Of a stretch of DNA of 64,000 nucleotides, positions 49,821-60,018 are shown one piece after another. Position 1 is the first letter of the stretch; every line of letters begins with the position of its first letter. Location of the stretch: positions 7,729 through 71,728 of the forward strand of contig JBMNTK010000001.1 of NCBI GenBank assembly GCA_050945695.1. The letters run 5' to 3'. The position numbers and the translations under genes are program-made. Origin of the DNA: Anaerolineae bacterium. Its GTDB lineage: Bacteria > Chloroflexota > Anaerolineae > DRVO01. The notes under the pieces are model-generated. The model had not been told where the DNA came from and made no database searches. It saw only the letters and a list, made by a program, of their open reading frames with translations.

Positions 49821-49839
49821 CCTGAGCAGGCACCGAATG

Positions 49840-49990
49840 AGGCAATCGGTGTGGGGCGGTGCGACGGGCTTCAGCCCGGAGCCCCGCCCTCTGCCTTTCG
49901 TAAAGGTACCTGCGGGGTGGGGCGTCGCCGGGGGGTTCAGCCCCCGGCGATGTCCTTGCCCCTACATAGACTCCGCCAGCGCCCTCACAT
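49840..49990. repeat. GC-rich mosaic REP-like repeat (family C) copy
   Basis: Hairpin cgccggggggttcagcccccggcg plus module ccttgcccctacatagac, related to 35045-35215. Confidence 0.5.
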
Positions 49991-50846
49991 CCAGAGGGAT
50001 TCCCTTATCCTCGTCACGCTCCAGCGTCAGCGCCCCCGCCGGACAGCGACCAACGCAGACTGAGCACCCCATGCACCGGTCCCAGTCCACTTCCGCCATG
50101 CCCTCCCGCTCGTGCAGGGCCCCGAAGGGGCAGGCCTCCCAGCAGGCGCCACAGCCGACGCACCGCTCCGCGTCCACCCGGGCGACGTAACCGGACGATG
50201 CCATCACCCCCACACCGTGGCGGACCATGGCTTCCAGCCCCACACAGCAACACCGGCAGCAGTTGCAGATGGCGTAGAACCGGTTGAGGGCGGTGTCTCT
50301 GAACCAAGCCGTGTGGATGTGCCCCCGCTCGTGCTCCTGGCGAAGCAGTTCCAGCGCCTCGGCTCGGTCCAGCCGGCGAGCCCCTCTAGGATGGTGATCC
50401 ACGGTGAAGTCCACGAAGGGCTGACCGACGATGAGGCACACCTGGGTGGGCTCGCAGTGACCGGGGCGCGACAGGCGGCAGGCGCACTCGTACACGGCGA
50501 TATCGGGCGGCCCAGAGAGGATCAGGTCGCGGGCATGGGGGTAGGGGATCACCTGCTCCAGGTCGCGCAGGGCGATGTCCCGGTCCAGCGTGATCACCGC
50601 CCCAGCCAACTCGGGCGTGAGCACCTTGGCGTGATAGCGCTGGGCCAGGTGGAGCCTCTGGTCCGGGCGCATTCGGGGGATCAGGCGCCGCAGCACGGCC
50701 ATGTACTGGCTGGTCCAACGGCCATAGACGTAGCTATGCAGCGTCACCGGCCGCAGAATCTGAGACCAGCCCATGAGGCGTACGCTTCGGCGGCTAGAGG
50801 GCAGCAGGAGGCGGCCCCGCTCTCCTATGAGCCACAGGGCCGCCAC
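49962..50846 (-). CDS. 4Fe-4S dicluster ferredoxin-domain protein with N-terminal domain of unknown function
   Basis: C-terminal CVGCGACWEACP and CMGCSVCVGRCP motifs; additional CNCCRCCC cluster; 294 aa. Confidence 0.65.
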   Translation of the reverse strand: MAALWLIGERGRLLLPSSRRSVRLMGWSQILRPVTLHSYVYGRWTSQYMAVLRRLIPRMRPDQRLHLAQRYHAKVLTPELAGAVITLDRDIALRDLEQVIPYPHARDLILSGPPDIAVYECACRLSRPGHCEPTQVCLIVGQPFVDFTVDHHPRGARRLDRAEALELLRQEHERGHIHTAWFRDTALNRFYAICNCCRCCCVGLEAMVRHGVGVMASSGYVARVDAERCVGCGACWEACPFGALHEREGMAEVDWDRCMGCSVCVGRCPAGALTLERDEDKGIPLDVRALAESM

Positions 50847-50903
50847 CCCGAGCGCTAGCGCGGTTAGGGCTATCCGGAAGAGCTTCAGCGATTGCCTCCT
50901 CTG

Positions 50904-51962
50904 CTAGAGCGCCGCCACCGTCTCGGCGTCCAGCTTGCCTATGACCGCGACGAGGAGCTTGAGCATAGCATCGTAGTCGTCGCGGTGCATGATCCCCGCC
51001 TGGCTGTGGACGTGGCGCACGGGAACCCCCAGCACCAGCGTGGGCACCCCGGCGTGATGCATGTGGATCAGGGCTCCGTCAGCGGCGGCGCCGGTGTAGG
51101 CTGAGTACTGCAGAGCGATACCCAGCTCCTCCGCCGTCTCGATCACGAGGTCCCTGAGCTTCAGGTTGGGGATCATGCGGGCATCCAGCAGCCACATGGA
51201 AGGGCCGCCCCCAAGCTTGGTGGCTGCCTCCTGAGGCTGGATCCCGGGCAGGTCGCCGCACAGGTCCACCTCCAGGATGAGGGCCACGTCCGGGTTGACC
51301 ACCTCGGCGCTGGTCTTGGCCCCGCGGGTGCCCACCTCCTCCATCACCGTGCCCACACCATAGATGGTGTTGGGGTGCGGGTTCTTGGCGAAGTGGTAAA
51401 GCAGCTCCACCATGAGGGCCACGCCGGCCCGGTCGTCGAAGGCCTTGCCCATGTAGGTCTTGCCACCGGACAGGATCTCGAAGGGTCCCACCGGCACCAC
51501 CGGGTCGCCTGGGCGGACCCCGGCTTGGACGGCCGCTTCCTTCGAACCGACGCCAATGTCAATGTACATGTCCTTGCGCTCTACCACCTTCTTGCGGTCC
51601 TCGACCGGCAGGAGGTGGGGTGGCTTAGCTCCGATAACCCCGCGCAGATCGCCTTGATGGGTCTTCACCGTCACCCGCTGGCCCAAGAGGACCTGATCCC
51701 ACCAGCCGCCCAGGGGCAGGAAGCGGAGCATGCCATCGTCGCCCACGTGGTGCACCATGAAGCCGATCTCGTCTATGTGCGCGGCCAGCATCACCCGGGG
51801 CCCGGAGTCCCCGATCCGGCAGATGAGAGAGCCGATGCGGTCCTGTTCGATCTCCGCCACCGGCTCGGCCAGGCGGCGCAGCACCGCCCGCACCTCGTCC
51901 TCATAGCCGGGTACGCCGTGGGCTTCACTGAGTTCTTTGAGCAGTTCCTCGGTCCGATCCAT
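50904..51962 (-). CDS. M42-family metallopeptidase (FrvX/CelM/glutamyl aminopeptidase-like)
   Basis: RBS ggaggaagagggATG; MDRTEELLKELSEAHGVPGYEDEVR...; AAHIDEIGFMV; HSQAG. Confidence 0.85.
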   Translation of the reverse strand: MDRTEELLKELSEAHGVPGYEDEVRAVLRRLAEPVAEIEQDRIGSLICRIGDSGPRVMLAAHIDEIGFMVHHVGDDGMLRFLPLGGWWDQVLLGQRVTVKTHQGDLRGVIGAKPPHLLPVEDRKKVVERKDMYIDIGVGSKEAAVQAGVRPGDPVVPVGPFEILSGGKTYMGKAFDDRAGVALMVELLYHFAKNPHPNTIYGVGTVMEEVGTRGAKTSAEVVNPDVALILEVDLCGDLPGIQPQEAATKLGGGPSMWLLDARMIPNLKLRDLVIETAEELGIALQYSAYTGAAADGALIHMHHAGVPTLVLGVPVRHVHSQAGIMHRDDYDAMLKLLVAVIGKLDAETVAAL

Positions 51963-52105
51963 CCCTCTTCCTCCCTGTGGCGTGATTGCCCGTGGGGCCA
52001 GGCTCAGTATAGCCATTTGCGCTGGGGGGCGACAGGGGGCGTAAGAAACACGAAGGCCGGGTGGCATGTCTTGCCACCCGGCCGTAAGTGAGGCCTAGAT
52101 GAAGC

Positions 52106-54325
52106 CTACTCCGATGCCTCTTCGGTTGCTTCCTCTGCCGGCGCTTCCGCTTCCGTTTCCGCTTCGGCCGGCTCTGCCGTCGGCTCCTCGACCGGCGGGA
52201 TGATCAGGACCTGCCCGACGCTGATCACGTTCGGGTTCTCGATGTCGTTGGCCTCGATGAGCGCTTCCAGAGTGACCCCGTGGTCCCGGGCGATCCGAGT
52301 GAGGTTATCCCCCGGCTGGACGGTGTAGGTCACCGGTTCGGGAGTGGGAGTCTCCGTAGGCACGGGAGTCGGCGTCGGCTCCGGAGTGTCCGTGGGTTCC
52401 GGAGTGGCGGTAGGCGTAGCGGTCGGTTCGGGCGTAGCCGTGGGTTCCGGCGTCGGCGTAGGGGCCGCGGTGGCCGTAGGAGCCGGGGTTTCGGTGGGAG
52501 CGGCCGCGGCAGGTTCTGGCGTGCTGGCCGGCTGGTCGGCAGCGGTGGGCTCAGCCGCGGGAGCGGATTCGGAAGCAGCCGGGGCGACCGGCGCCGCCAC
52601 CTTGAGCCCCATCAGGCCCTCCAGCGTTCCCAGCGGGAGCGGCTCATCGGTCAGGATGACGTCGAGCGTGATACCGAACCGGCTCAGCAGGCCCACCAGC
52701 AGGTCCACACCGGTCCGACCGATGCCTGAGGCCAGCATGGGGGGCAGGCCGAAGTCACGTACGCCGATATCGAGCAGGAGATCCACCACGTTATCGCGGG
52801 TCACAGCGTCCCACTCTAGGTGGGCCTTAGCCCCATTGACGCCCACGTCCACACCAGGGGCGCCGACACCCAAGCTGAGGGCTTGCACACCATCACCCAG
52901 CATTCCAACGTAGGACTGCACCATCTCCGGGATGCCCATCCCCAGCATGCCTAGAGGCAGGGGCTCGCCGTACACTGCCACCCGGCCATCGCTGCGGGAG
53001 ACGGTGATGGGCACGATCAGGTCACCCAGAGAGCCACTGGGCTGAGGCACACGAGCGAGCGCCTCTTGGCTGGGGGCAGGCGACTCCTCGTAGACCACGT
53101 GGGCGGTGAGGCTGGTCTGCTGCAGGACAGTCTCCAGTGCGTCCCAGGGCAGGAAATCACCGGCGAACGCTTCCGCCGCCGTCGGGACGAAAGCGGGGTC
53201 AAACCGGAGGGTGGGCATCGGCTGGTCGCCCAGAGCGGTTCGCATCCGCATGTCCTGGCCGTCCCAGGCCAAGCCTACCGAGCCAAACCGCTCGAGGTAC
53301 TGCAGGCTCATCGGGTCCAGGGCAAAACCGGTGCCGATGTTCTCCACGTAGAGGCTGCCGCCGCGCACTGCTACCTGCACCGGCCGGCCGACCCGGACCT
53401 GTAGCCCCTCTTCCTGGGGCTCCTCGGCCAGGTAGACGTCGGCCTCCAGCCGGCTATCCTTCAGCCAGCCGATTCCGAGCTCGGCCATCTGGCGGTCTTC
53501 CGGCCGCAGGGCCACCCCTGCCATACCCGCCAGGTCCTCGGCATTGGCCAGGAGCGAGTCCGGGTCCCAGCCCAGCAGCAGCCACTCTTCGCCGCTGACC
53601 GAGAGCCCGGTGCCATTATCGAGGAGCACCAGTTCCAGCTCGTTCAGCCCCAAGTCGGCGATGGGCAGCCCCCGGAGCACGGCGGGGTCGAACAACACCA
53701 TGTCGAGCCCGAGAGAGGCGGCATCAATACCACCAATGGAGACCAGGCGCCCGTCTGGGGAAATGGTAGCGCCCAGTTCGATGACGTTGAGGCGCTCACC
53801 GGATGGGTCGAGGGGGTCCAGCCGCTGCGATAGGTCAAGCGACTGCTCGCGCCCTTCGGGCAACCGTACCACAGTGGCCACGTTAGCCTGGCTGATCCAG
53901 CGGGCGACCGCTTCCAGCTCCGGCACCCACTCCTCAGCCAGAGTGCCCAGGGCAGACTCGGTGACCGACACGCTGGTCAGCGGTGCGCCGTTGAGGAAGA
54001 TGGTGATCTCCTCTCCGCGCTTGACCAGGGCGAGGTTGCTCACGCCGGTGTCGCTGGCTAGCTGGATGTATACCGGCTCTAGCGACAGCGGTGGCAGGCC
54101 CAGGCCCATCCGCTCCCCGAGCGAGCTCAGGTCACCAGACCGTACTTCGGTCGGTGCTCCCGGTAGGGCCACAGCCCAGTCGCCCGTGTCCTCGAGCTGG
54201 ACCTCCACCACCGGAGGAGTCACTCCTGCCTCCTCGGGGCCGGCAGCGCCGGCGGGCAACGCCCCGGCGAGCACCAGAAGCAGCGCGAGAACTACACCCA
54301 GACTCCCGAACCTCGGTCTGCTCAT
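52106..54325 (-). CDS. Secreted LysM-domain protein with Pro/Thr/Glu-rich linker
   Basis: Signal peptide MSRPRFGSLGVVLALLLVLAGALPAGAAG; long P/T/E/A low-complexity linker; C-terminal LysM YTVQPGDNLTRIARDHGVTLEALIEANDIENPNVISVGQVLIIP. Confidence 0.8.
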   Translation of the reverse strand: MSRPRFGSLGVVLALLLVLAGALPAGAAGPEEAGVTPPVVEVQLEDTGDWAVALPGAPTEVRSGDLSSLGERMGLGLPPLSLEPVYIQLASDTGVSNLALVKRGEEITIFLNGAPLTSVSVTESALGTLAEEWVPELEAVARWISQANVATVVRLPEGREQSLDLSQRLDPLDPSGERLNVIELGATISPDGRLVSIGGIDAASLGLDMVLFDPAVLRGLPIADLGLNELELVLLDNGTGLSVSGEEWLLLGWDPDSLLANAEDLAGMAGVALRPEDRQMAELGIGWLKDSRLEADVYLAEEPQEEGLQVRVGRPVQVAVRGGSLYVENIGTGFALDPMSLQYLERFGSVGLAWDGQDMRMRTALGDQPMPTLRFDPAFVPTAAEAFAGDFLPWDALETVLQQTSLTAHVVYEESPAPSQEALARVPQPSGSLGDLIVPITVSRSDGRVAVYGEPLPLGMLGMGIPEMVQSYVGMLGDGVQALSLGVGAPGVDVGVNGAKAHLEWDAVTRDNVVDLLLDIGVRDFGLPPMLASGIGRTGVDLLVGLLSRFGITLDVILTDEPLPLGTLEGLMGLKVAAPVAPAASESAPAAEPTAADQPASTPEPAAAAPTETPAPTATAAPTPTPEPTATPEPTATPTATPEPTDTPEPTPTPVPTETPTPEPVTYTVQPGDNLTRIARDHGVTLEALIEANDIENPNVISVGQVLIIPPVEEPTAEPAEAETEAEAPAEEATEEASE

Positions 54326-54704
54326 CGCCGTACTCCTCACACTTCGGAGATGTGCAAGCCATCTTCCGCCACGAGCTTCGAAGTGACTACGGCCGGCATC
54401 ACTCCGAAGACAGTAGCCCCCAGCAGTCTCTTAGTAGTCTCGTGACGGCCCCAGGCGGCGTCAGGTAACAGCGCCGGCCCAAGTATAGCAGATTCCAGGG
54501 GTGCGTCCAGCCGTTTTTTACGATTTTTAGAGGGGAATTTCACAGTAAATGCAAGATCCCGGCCAGCTCCCGCGGAATCTGCCCGGGCAGACCGCGATGA
54601 CGGGGGAAAACGCGGAGAGCCGATAGGCAACGAGCAGGGTCTGCTACCCCTGGGACCCCCGTGGTGGCAGGGCTCTCTTCTTATTCAGGCAGGCAGCCCA
54701 CCTG

Positions 54705-54713
54705 TGCTAGAAT
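54705..54713 (+). promoter_or_regulatory. Extended -10 element TGcTAGAAT upstream of surE
   Basis: gtgcTAGAATcgg 26 nt upstream of the RBS aagggggaa / ATG at 54739; possible -35 ttcagg with an 18-nt spacer. Confidence 0.4.
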
Positions 54714-54738
54714 CGGAGCGGCAAGGGGGAACTAGATC

Positions 54739-55536
54739 ATGCGGATCCTAGTCACCAATGACGACGGTGTGCGCTCACCTGGCCTGGCCGCCCTGGCCGC
54801 CGCCCTGCGGCAGCTGGGAACGGTCATCATTCTAGCCCCCGATCACAACTGGAGCGCCGCCGGACACAACAAGACCATGCACAAGCCACTACGGGTGGAG
54901 CCCGTGCAGCTGCCCGATGGCCAGACAGCCCTGGCTACCAACGGCACACCCTCGGACTGTGTGGCTATGGCGGTGCTGGGGGTGGTGGAGTCCCCCATTG
55001 ACATAGTGGTATCCGGCATCAACGTCGGCGCCAACCTCGGCCAGGACATCACCTATTCGGGCACGGTGGCTGGGGCCATGGAGGCCGCCATCAACGGGCT
55101 GCCCGCCTTGGCCGTGTCCCTGGCATCCTATGACCCCAACTCGGACTTTGGCCCGGCGGCCGAGGTGGCCGCCGCCGTGGCGCGCACAGTACGGGTCTGC
55201 GGGCTCCCAGCGGGAGTGTTCCTGAACGTGAATGTCCCGCCCAGGCCAGACGCCGCCCGCCGAGAAGTGAGGTTGACTCGCCTGGGCCGCCGGGTGTACC
55301 GGGACGTCCTACTGCGCCGCGAGGACCCTCGCGGCCGGCCCTACTACTGGATTGGGGGCGACCCCCCGACCGGTGAGCCCGATCCCGATACCGATATCTG
55401 GGCCTTGGAGCACGAACTGGTCTCCATCACCCCCGTCCACATGGACATGACCGCCTACTCCCTGCTTGAGGAGAAGGACGAATGGCGGTGCCGCCTGCTC
55501 AAGGAGCTATCTCGGGAGCCGGGAGGTGAACGATGA
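54739..55536 (+). CDS. surE: 5'/3'-nucleotidase SurE
   Basis: MRILVTNDDGVRSPGLAALAAAL...GINVGANLG, canonical SurE N-terminus. Confidence 0.92.
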   Translation: MRILVTNDDGVRSPGLAALAAALRQLGTVIILAPDHNWSAAGHNKTMHKPLRVEPVQLPDGQTALATNGTPSDCVAMAVLGVVESPIDIVVSGINVGANLGQDITYSGTVAGAMEAAINGLPALAVSLASYDPNSDFGPAAEVAAAVARTVRVCGLPAGVFLNVNVPPRPDAARREVRLTRLGRRVYRDVLLRREDPRGRPYYWIGGDPPTGEPDPDTDIWALEHELVSITPVHMDMTAYSLLEEKDEWRCRLLKELSREPGGER

Positions 55537-56423
55537 GGTTTAGCCCTCGCCCCGGGTCCGCTATCTGGGTGCTCTCCGGGGCGACTGCACTGGCCGGCCT
55601 TGCCGCGGCCGCCGCCATATGGGGTGGCCTGCAAGTCTCGCCCGGCCCGGTCGCCTTCCTCCTGTTCCTCTTGGCCCTGGTGGCTTTGGTTCTGACAGGC
55701 CTGGGACTGGCCTACACCCTCAGCTTCCGCGCCCTCACCTACCACCTGGACCGCAACGGCCTGGTCATCCACGCCGGCCTCTGGCAGCTGACCATGCCCA
55801 TGGACGCCATCGAGGGAGTCTACTCTCCCCCGGAAGGCATACGGGAGCGGCCCTTCCGGGGCCTGCGCCTGTCGGGGCATAACGTGGGCGTTGCTCGATC
55901 GGGGGAAGGCGTAGAGGTGGTCTTCGCGGCCAGCGCCCCACCCGAGGAGTGCCTCTACGTCAAAGTGGGCACCCGCGCCTATGCCATCTCGCCGGATGAC
56001 CTGGAAGGCTTCCTGCGCGCCTTCCAGGCCGAGCGCCAGCTCAGCCCGTTGCATCCTCTTCCCGAAGGCCTGCAGCTGCCTCGGTGGCTCCAGAGCCTGG
56101 CCTGGCGAGATCGGCTGGGCATGGCCCTGACGGCCACGACCCTGCTTGCCGCTCTGGCTCTGGTGGGACTGTGTTTCTGGCGCTACCCTCACCTGCCCCC
56201 CGAGATACCCATGCACTTCGATGCCCTGGGCCGGCCGGACCGGATGGCAGCGCCGCGCAGCATCTTCTATCTGCCTCTGGCCGGCGCCACCGTCCTCATC
56301 TTCAACTACGCCCTGGCCATTCCTCTCTACCGCTACGAGAAGTTCCTCTCGTACGTCCTCTGGGCGGGGGCAGGAGTGGTGCAGGTCATACTGATCCTGG
56401 CTCTGCGATCCATCACCGGGTAG
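55533..56423 (+). CDS. Membrane protein with PH-like (bPH) domain, hypothetical
   Basis: 296 aa; two N-terminal TM, a soluble domain, then three or four C-terminal TM; overlaps the surE stop by 4 nt. Confidence 0.5.
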   Translation: MRFSPRPGSAIWVLSGATALAGLAAAAAIWGGLQVSPGPVAFLLFLLALVALVLTGLGLAYTLSFRALTYHLDRNGLVIHAGLWQLTMPMDAIEGVYSPPEGIRERPFRGLRLSGHNVGVARSGEGVEVVFAASAPPEECLYVKVGTRAYAISPDDLEGFLRAFQAERQLSPLHPLPEGLQLPRWLQSLAWRDRLGMALTATTLLAALALVGLCFWRYPHLPPEIPMHFDALGRPDRMAAPRSIFYLPLAGATVLIFNYALAIPLYRYEKFLSYVLWAGAGVVQVILILALRSITG

Positions 56424-56424
56424 A

Positions 56425-57054
56425 GTGACGTTGCGCCCATCACTGCTTCTGGCCACCGGCAACCCCGGTAAGCTGCGCGAGTTCAGCCAGATCCTATCTG
56501 GCCTGCCGGTGCGCCTCGTCAGCCCGGCCGACCTGGGGCTGGAGCTGGACGTGCCGGAGGAGGGGGACACCTTCGCCGAGAATGCCCGCGCCAAGGCCTG
56601 TGCCTACGCCGCGGCCGCTGGTGTGCCCGCCCTGGCCGATGACTCGGGGCTGGAGGTGGATGCCCTCGGGGGGCGCCCGGGGGTCCTGTCGGCCCGCTAT
56701 GGCGGGGAAGGAGCGACCGACGCCGACCGGCGCCGTAAGCTCCTGGCCGAGATGGAGGGCGTGGAAGAGGGCCGGCGCTCCGCCCGCTTTCGCTGCGTGG
56801 TGGCCCTGTGCTGGGACGGAGAGGTCTACCTCACCGAAGGCACCGTGGAGGGCGTGATCACCCGGGAGGAACGGGGCACAGGCGGGTTTGGTTACGACAG
56901 CATCTTCCTGCTTCCCGACCGGGGCCAGACCATGGCCGAGCTACCGCCCGAGGAAAAGAACGCCCTCAGCCACCGTGCCCAGGCAGCCCAGGCCATGCGG
57001 GCGGTGTTGGAGCGGCTCTTGCAGGGGGATGACCTTACGACAGCCGGCTGTTGA
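56425..57054 (+). CDS. rdgB: Non-canonical purine NTP pyrophosphatase (RdgB/HAM1)
   Basis: LLATGNPGKLREF...; FGYDSIF; 209 aa. Confidence 0.9.
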   Translation: MTLRPSLLLATGNPGKLREFSQILSGLPVRLVSPADLGLELDVPEEGDTFAENARAKACAYAAAAGVPALADDSGLEVDALGGRPGVLSARYGGEGATDADRRRKLLAEMEGVEEGRRSARFRCVVALCWDGEVYLTEGTVEGVITREERGTGGFGYDSIFLLPDRGQTMAELPPEEKNALSHRAQAAQAMRAVLERLLQGDDLTTAGC

Positions 57055-57108
57055 CCCTCGGGCTGAGGCGGGGGTAGAATAGCGGCTCGCCGGGAAAGTA
57101 GAATCTGT

Positions 57109-57975
57109 ATGTCTAGTGCTGACCTTCACATCATCGTAGTCACTTATAAGGTGCGCGAGCTCCTTCAGGACTGCCTGGCCTCGTTGCGGGAGAGCCGGCT
57201 GCCCGGGCTCGATGTGGTCGTGACCGTGGTAGACAACGACTCCGGCGACGGCAGTGCCGAGATGGTGGAGGAATGCTTCCCCGAGTTCTCCCTCATCCGC
57301 AGCGAGAACCTCGGTTACCCCTACGCCAATAACCTCGGGTTTGCTCGGCGGAACGCTCGCTACCAGCTCATGCTCAACCCGGACACGCTCCTGCCCCCTT
57401 CTGCCCTGGCGGAGACTGTTCGGTACATGGACGAGCACCCCGATGTGGGCGCCCTGGGACCTCGTCTGGTGCTGGCTGATGGCAGCCTGGATCTGGCCTG
57501 CCGCCGCGGGTTCCCCACCCCCCTCAATGCCTTTGCCAAGTACAGCGGGCTTTCCCGCTTATTCCCTCGCAGCCGGCGGCTGGGCTCCTACAACCTCACT
57601 TACCTGAACCCCGACGAGACGGCCGACGTGGGTTCTCTGGTGGGGGCGTTCATGCTGTTGCGGGGGGAGGCCCTGGAGCAGATCGGCGGGCTCGACCAGA
57701 CCTTCTTCATGTATGGCGAGGACCTGGACCTGTGCTTCCGTTTGGCCTCGCTTGGCTGGCGCGTCGTCTACTGGCCGGGGGTCACCGTCTTGCATTACAA
57801 GCGCGCCTCTAGCTCTCAGTCTACCCGCGCAAGTCGCGAGTTCTTCCGCGCCATGCGCATCTTCTACGATAAGCACTACTCCGACGGCGTCCTCCCGCTG
57901 CGGCGGACGGCCGTCTCCGCTGGCATTGGCCTAATAGAGCGCTTTGTGGGCTACGGGCCAGGGGCTACCAAATGA
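57109..57975 (+). CDS. Family-2 glycosyltransferase
   Basis: HIIVVTYKVRELL...VVTVVDNDSGDGS; DxD-like LNPDTLL; 288 aa. Confidence 0.85.
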   Translation: MSSADLHIIVVTYKVRELLQDCLASLRESRLPGLDVVVTVVDNDSGDGSAEMVEECFPEFSLIRSENLGYPYANNLGFARRNARYQLMLNPDTLLPPSALAETVRYMDEHPDVGALGPRLVLADGSLDLACRRGFPTPLNAFAKYSGLSRLFPRSRRLGSYNLTYLNPDETADVGSLVGAFMLLRGEALEQIGGLDQTFFMYGEDLDLCFRLASLGWRVVYWPGVTVLHYKRASSSQSTRASREFFRAMRIFYDKHYSDGVLPLRRTAVSAGIGLIERFVGYGPGATK

Positions 57976-59378
57976 GCAAACGACGTCTACGCACCATATC
58001 CACGTTCCTGCTGGTCCTGACAGACGCCGGCATGACGGCACTGGCGTTCTACCTGGGCTATCGTATCCGGTTGGCGACTGAGACTCAGCCCGACTCGAAC
58101 ATCCCCGACTTCTCGGTCTACACGGGGATGATGCTGATCCAGATCGCGGCCATGCTCACCGTCTTCTTCTTCACCAAGCTCTACCACGTCAAGCGGGTGT
58201 CCTCCCGGGTGGATGAGTTCTACTCGGTGTTTGGCGCCGTCTCGGTGGGCAGCCTCTTCTCCATCGCCGTTACTTCCTTCATCTACAAGGGGGCACTGGA
58301 CTTCCCCCGCCTCATGCTCGTCTACGCCTGGATCCTCACCATCGTCCTGGTGATGGTGGGCCGGGTCCTTCACAGCACCGCCCGCCGGTTCCTGCGCCGC
58401 TCTGGGGTCGGCTGTGATCGCGTCCTCATCGTGGGCACCGGTGACGTGGGGCAGCTTCTTCTCCAGAAGGTGCGTCACGCCCCCCACCTGGGGTACGAAC
58501 CGGTCGGGTTTGTGGACGGAAATGGCCTGCATCAGGGTGAGGTCATGGGCCTGCCCATCCTGGGCACCGTCTCGGAGCTGTCTGCCATCATAGATCGCTA
58601 TGAGGTGGACGAGGTGATGATCGCCCTGCCGGAGGCTCCCCGGGAGAAGCTGCTAGAGATCATCTCCCGCTGCGACCGCAGCCGCATCGGCATCAAGGTC
58701 TTCCCGGACGTCTTCCAGATCATCGCCTCAGAGCTGAGCATCGGCGACCTCGATGGCCTGCCCATGCTCACCGTCCGTGACGTGGCCCTGCGCGGGTGGA
58801 AGCTCACCCTGAAGCGTGCGTTCGACCTGGTGGTGGGCAGCATCTGCCTGATCATCGCCTCTCCCTGGATGCTCCTCATCGCCCTGGCCGTGAAGCTGGA
58901 CTCGCCCGGGCCGGCGCTATTCGTCCAGGAACGCATGGGGCTGGACGCCCGCCCCTTCCCGGTGATCAAGTTCCGCACCATGAGGACCGACGCCGAAGCC
59001 GAGACCGGACCGGTCTGGGCCAAGGCGGGCGATCCCCGGTGCACCCGCCTGGGTGCCTTCCTGCGGCACTACTCTCTGGACGAGTTGCCCCAGCTCATCA
59101 ATGTGGTTCTCGGTGAGATGAGCTTGGTGGGCCCGCGGCCCGAGCGGCCCGTGTTCGTGGAGCAGTTCCGTCAGCGTATCCCTCGGTACATGGACCGACA
59201 CCGAGAGAAGGCGGGGCTGACGGGCTGGGCCCAGGTCAACGGGCTGCGAGGCGACACCTCCATCGAGGAGCGCACCAAGTACGACCTCTGGTACGTGGAG
59301 AACTGGTCTCTCCTCCTCGATATCAAGATCCTCATACGTACCCTCTTCCGCGTCCTCCGCGACCCTAACGCCTACTGA
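57972..59378 (+). CDS. Polyprenyl-phosphate sugar phosphotransferase (WbaP/exopolysaccharide 'bacterial sugar transferase')
   Basis: Four or five N-terminal TM helices; C-terminal KFRTMRTDAE, DELPQLINVVLGEMSLVGPRP signature. Confidence 0.88.
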   Translation: MSKRRLRTISTFLLVLTDAGMTALAFYLGYRIRLATETQPDSNIPDFSVYTGMMLIQIAAMLTVFFFTKLYHVKRVSSRVDEFYSVFGAVSVGSLFSIAVTSFIYKGALDFPRLMLVYAWILTIVLVMVGRVLHSTARRFLRRSGVGCDRVLIVGTGDVGQLLLQKVRHAPHLGYEPVGFVDGNGLHQGEVMGLPILGTVSELSAIIDRYEVDEVMIALPEAPREKLLEIISRCDRSRIGIKVFPDVFQIIASELSIGDLDGLPMLTVRDVALRGWKLTLKRAFDLVVGSICLIIASPWMLLIALAVKLDSPGPALFVQERMGLDARPFPVIKFRTMRTDAEAETGPVWAKAGDPRCTRLGAFLRHYSLDELPQLINVVLGEMSLVGPRPERPVFVEQFRQRIPRYMDRHREKAGLTGWAQVNGLRGDTSIEERTKYDLWYVENWSLLLDIKILIRTLFRVLRDPNAY

Positions 59379-59389
59379 GGGCTTGGGAA

Positions 59390-59900
59390 GTAGCCACAGA
59401 GACACGGTGACGAGTGGCACGTGACCCGTGAAGCGTGGCACGTGACCACCGCCACAACCCCATTGAGGAGTGCGCAACTAGGCGCACACTGGTGCGCCCA
59501 GGCCCCAGGCGCGCTTGGCCCATCCGGCGTCGGCGAAGGTGGGTCACGGCAAAGCAGTGACCACGTTCACAGCTCTGCTGTGAAACCTGGACGCCCGGCC
59601 GAAGGCCCAGCAGCCCCGACTTGAGTCGAGGGCTCTGCTGTCGCACTGGTGGGGGCGTGTGGCAGCGGGCGCATTAAGCCACCCACGAGGTCCGGGTAGG
59701 GGCAGGCCACCGCGCCTGCCCCCAAAGGGCGGGCGGCCCCGCCCGCCCCTACCGGCGCGCATGCCTCGGGGGAACTGTCATTCCGAGCGAAGCGAGGAAT
59801 CTCTGCCTGCCGGAAGGGGTAGATCCCTCGCTTCGCTCGGGATGACAAGGAGGTTGCGCCGGTCATGCCGAAACCATTGCGCGCCTCGGGGCGCGCACCC
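59390..59900. repeat. GC-rich mosaic REP-like repeat cluster (family B/C)
   Basis: ccacagagacacggtgacgagtggcacgtgac module (compare 14880, 19400); ggtaggggcaggccaccgcgcctgcccc (reverse complement of the 35170 module); gtcattccgagcgaagcgagg / cctcgcttcgctcgggatgacaaggag inverted pair (compare 15090). Confidence 0.55.
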
Positions 59901-60018
59901 CTCAATTGGGCGTGTAGCGCCAAGTCACGGGTCACGCATCTCGCCTCAACCGGAGCGAGTTGCGGGTGGTGGCACCAGCCCTTCCCTGTGTTATACTCTG
60001 ATAATAGGCACCCCAAAC

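Noticed and set aside
52344-52913. 189-aa + strand ORF with (GVGS)n-like repeats
   Set aside because: Antisense translation of the Pro/Thr-rich linker of the LysM protein.
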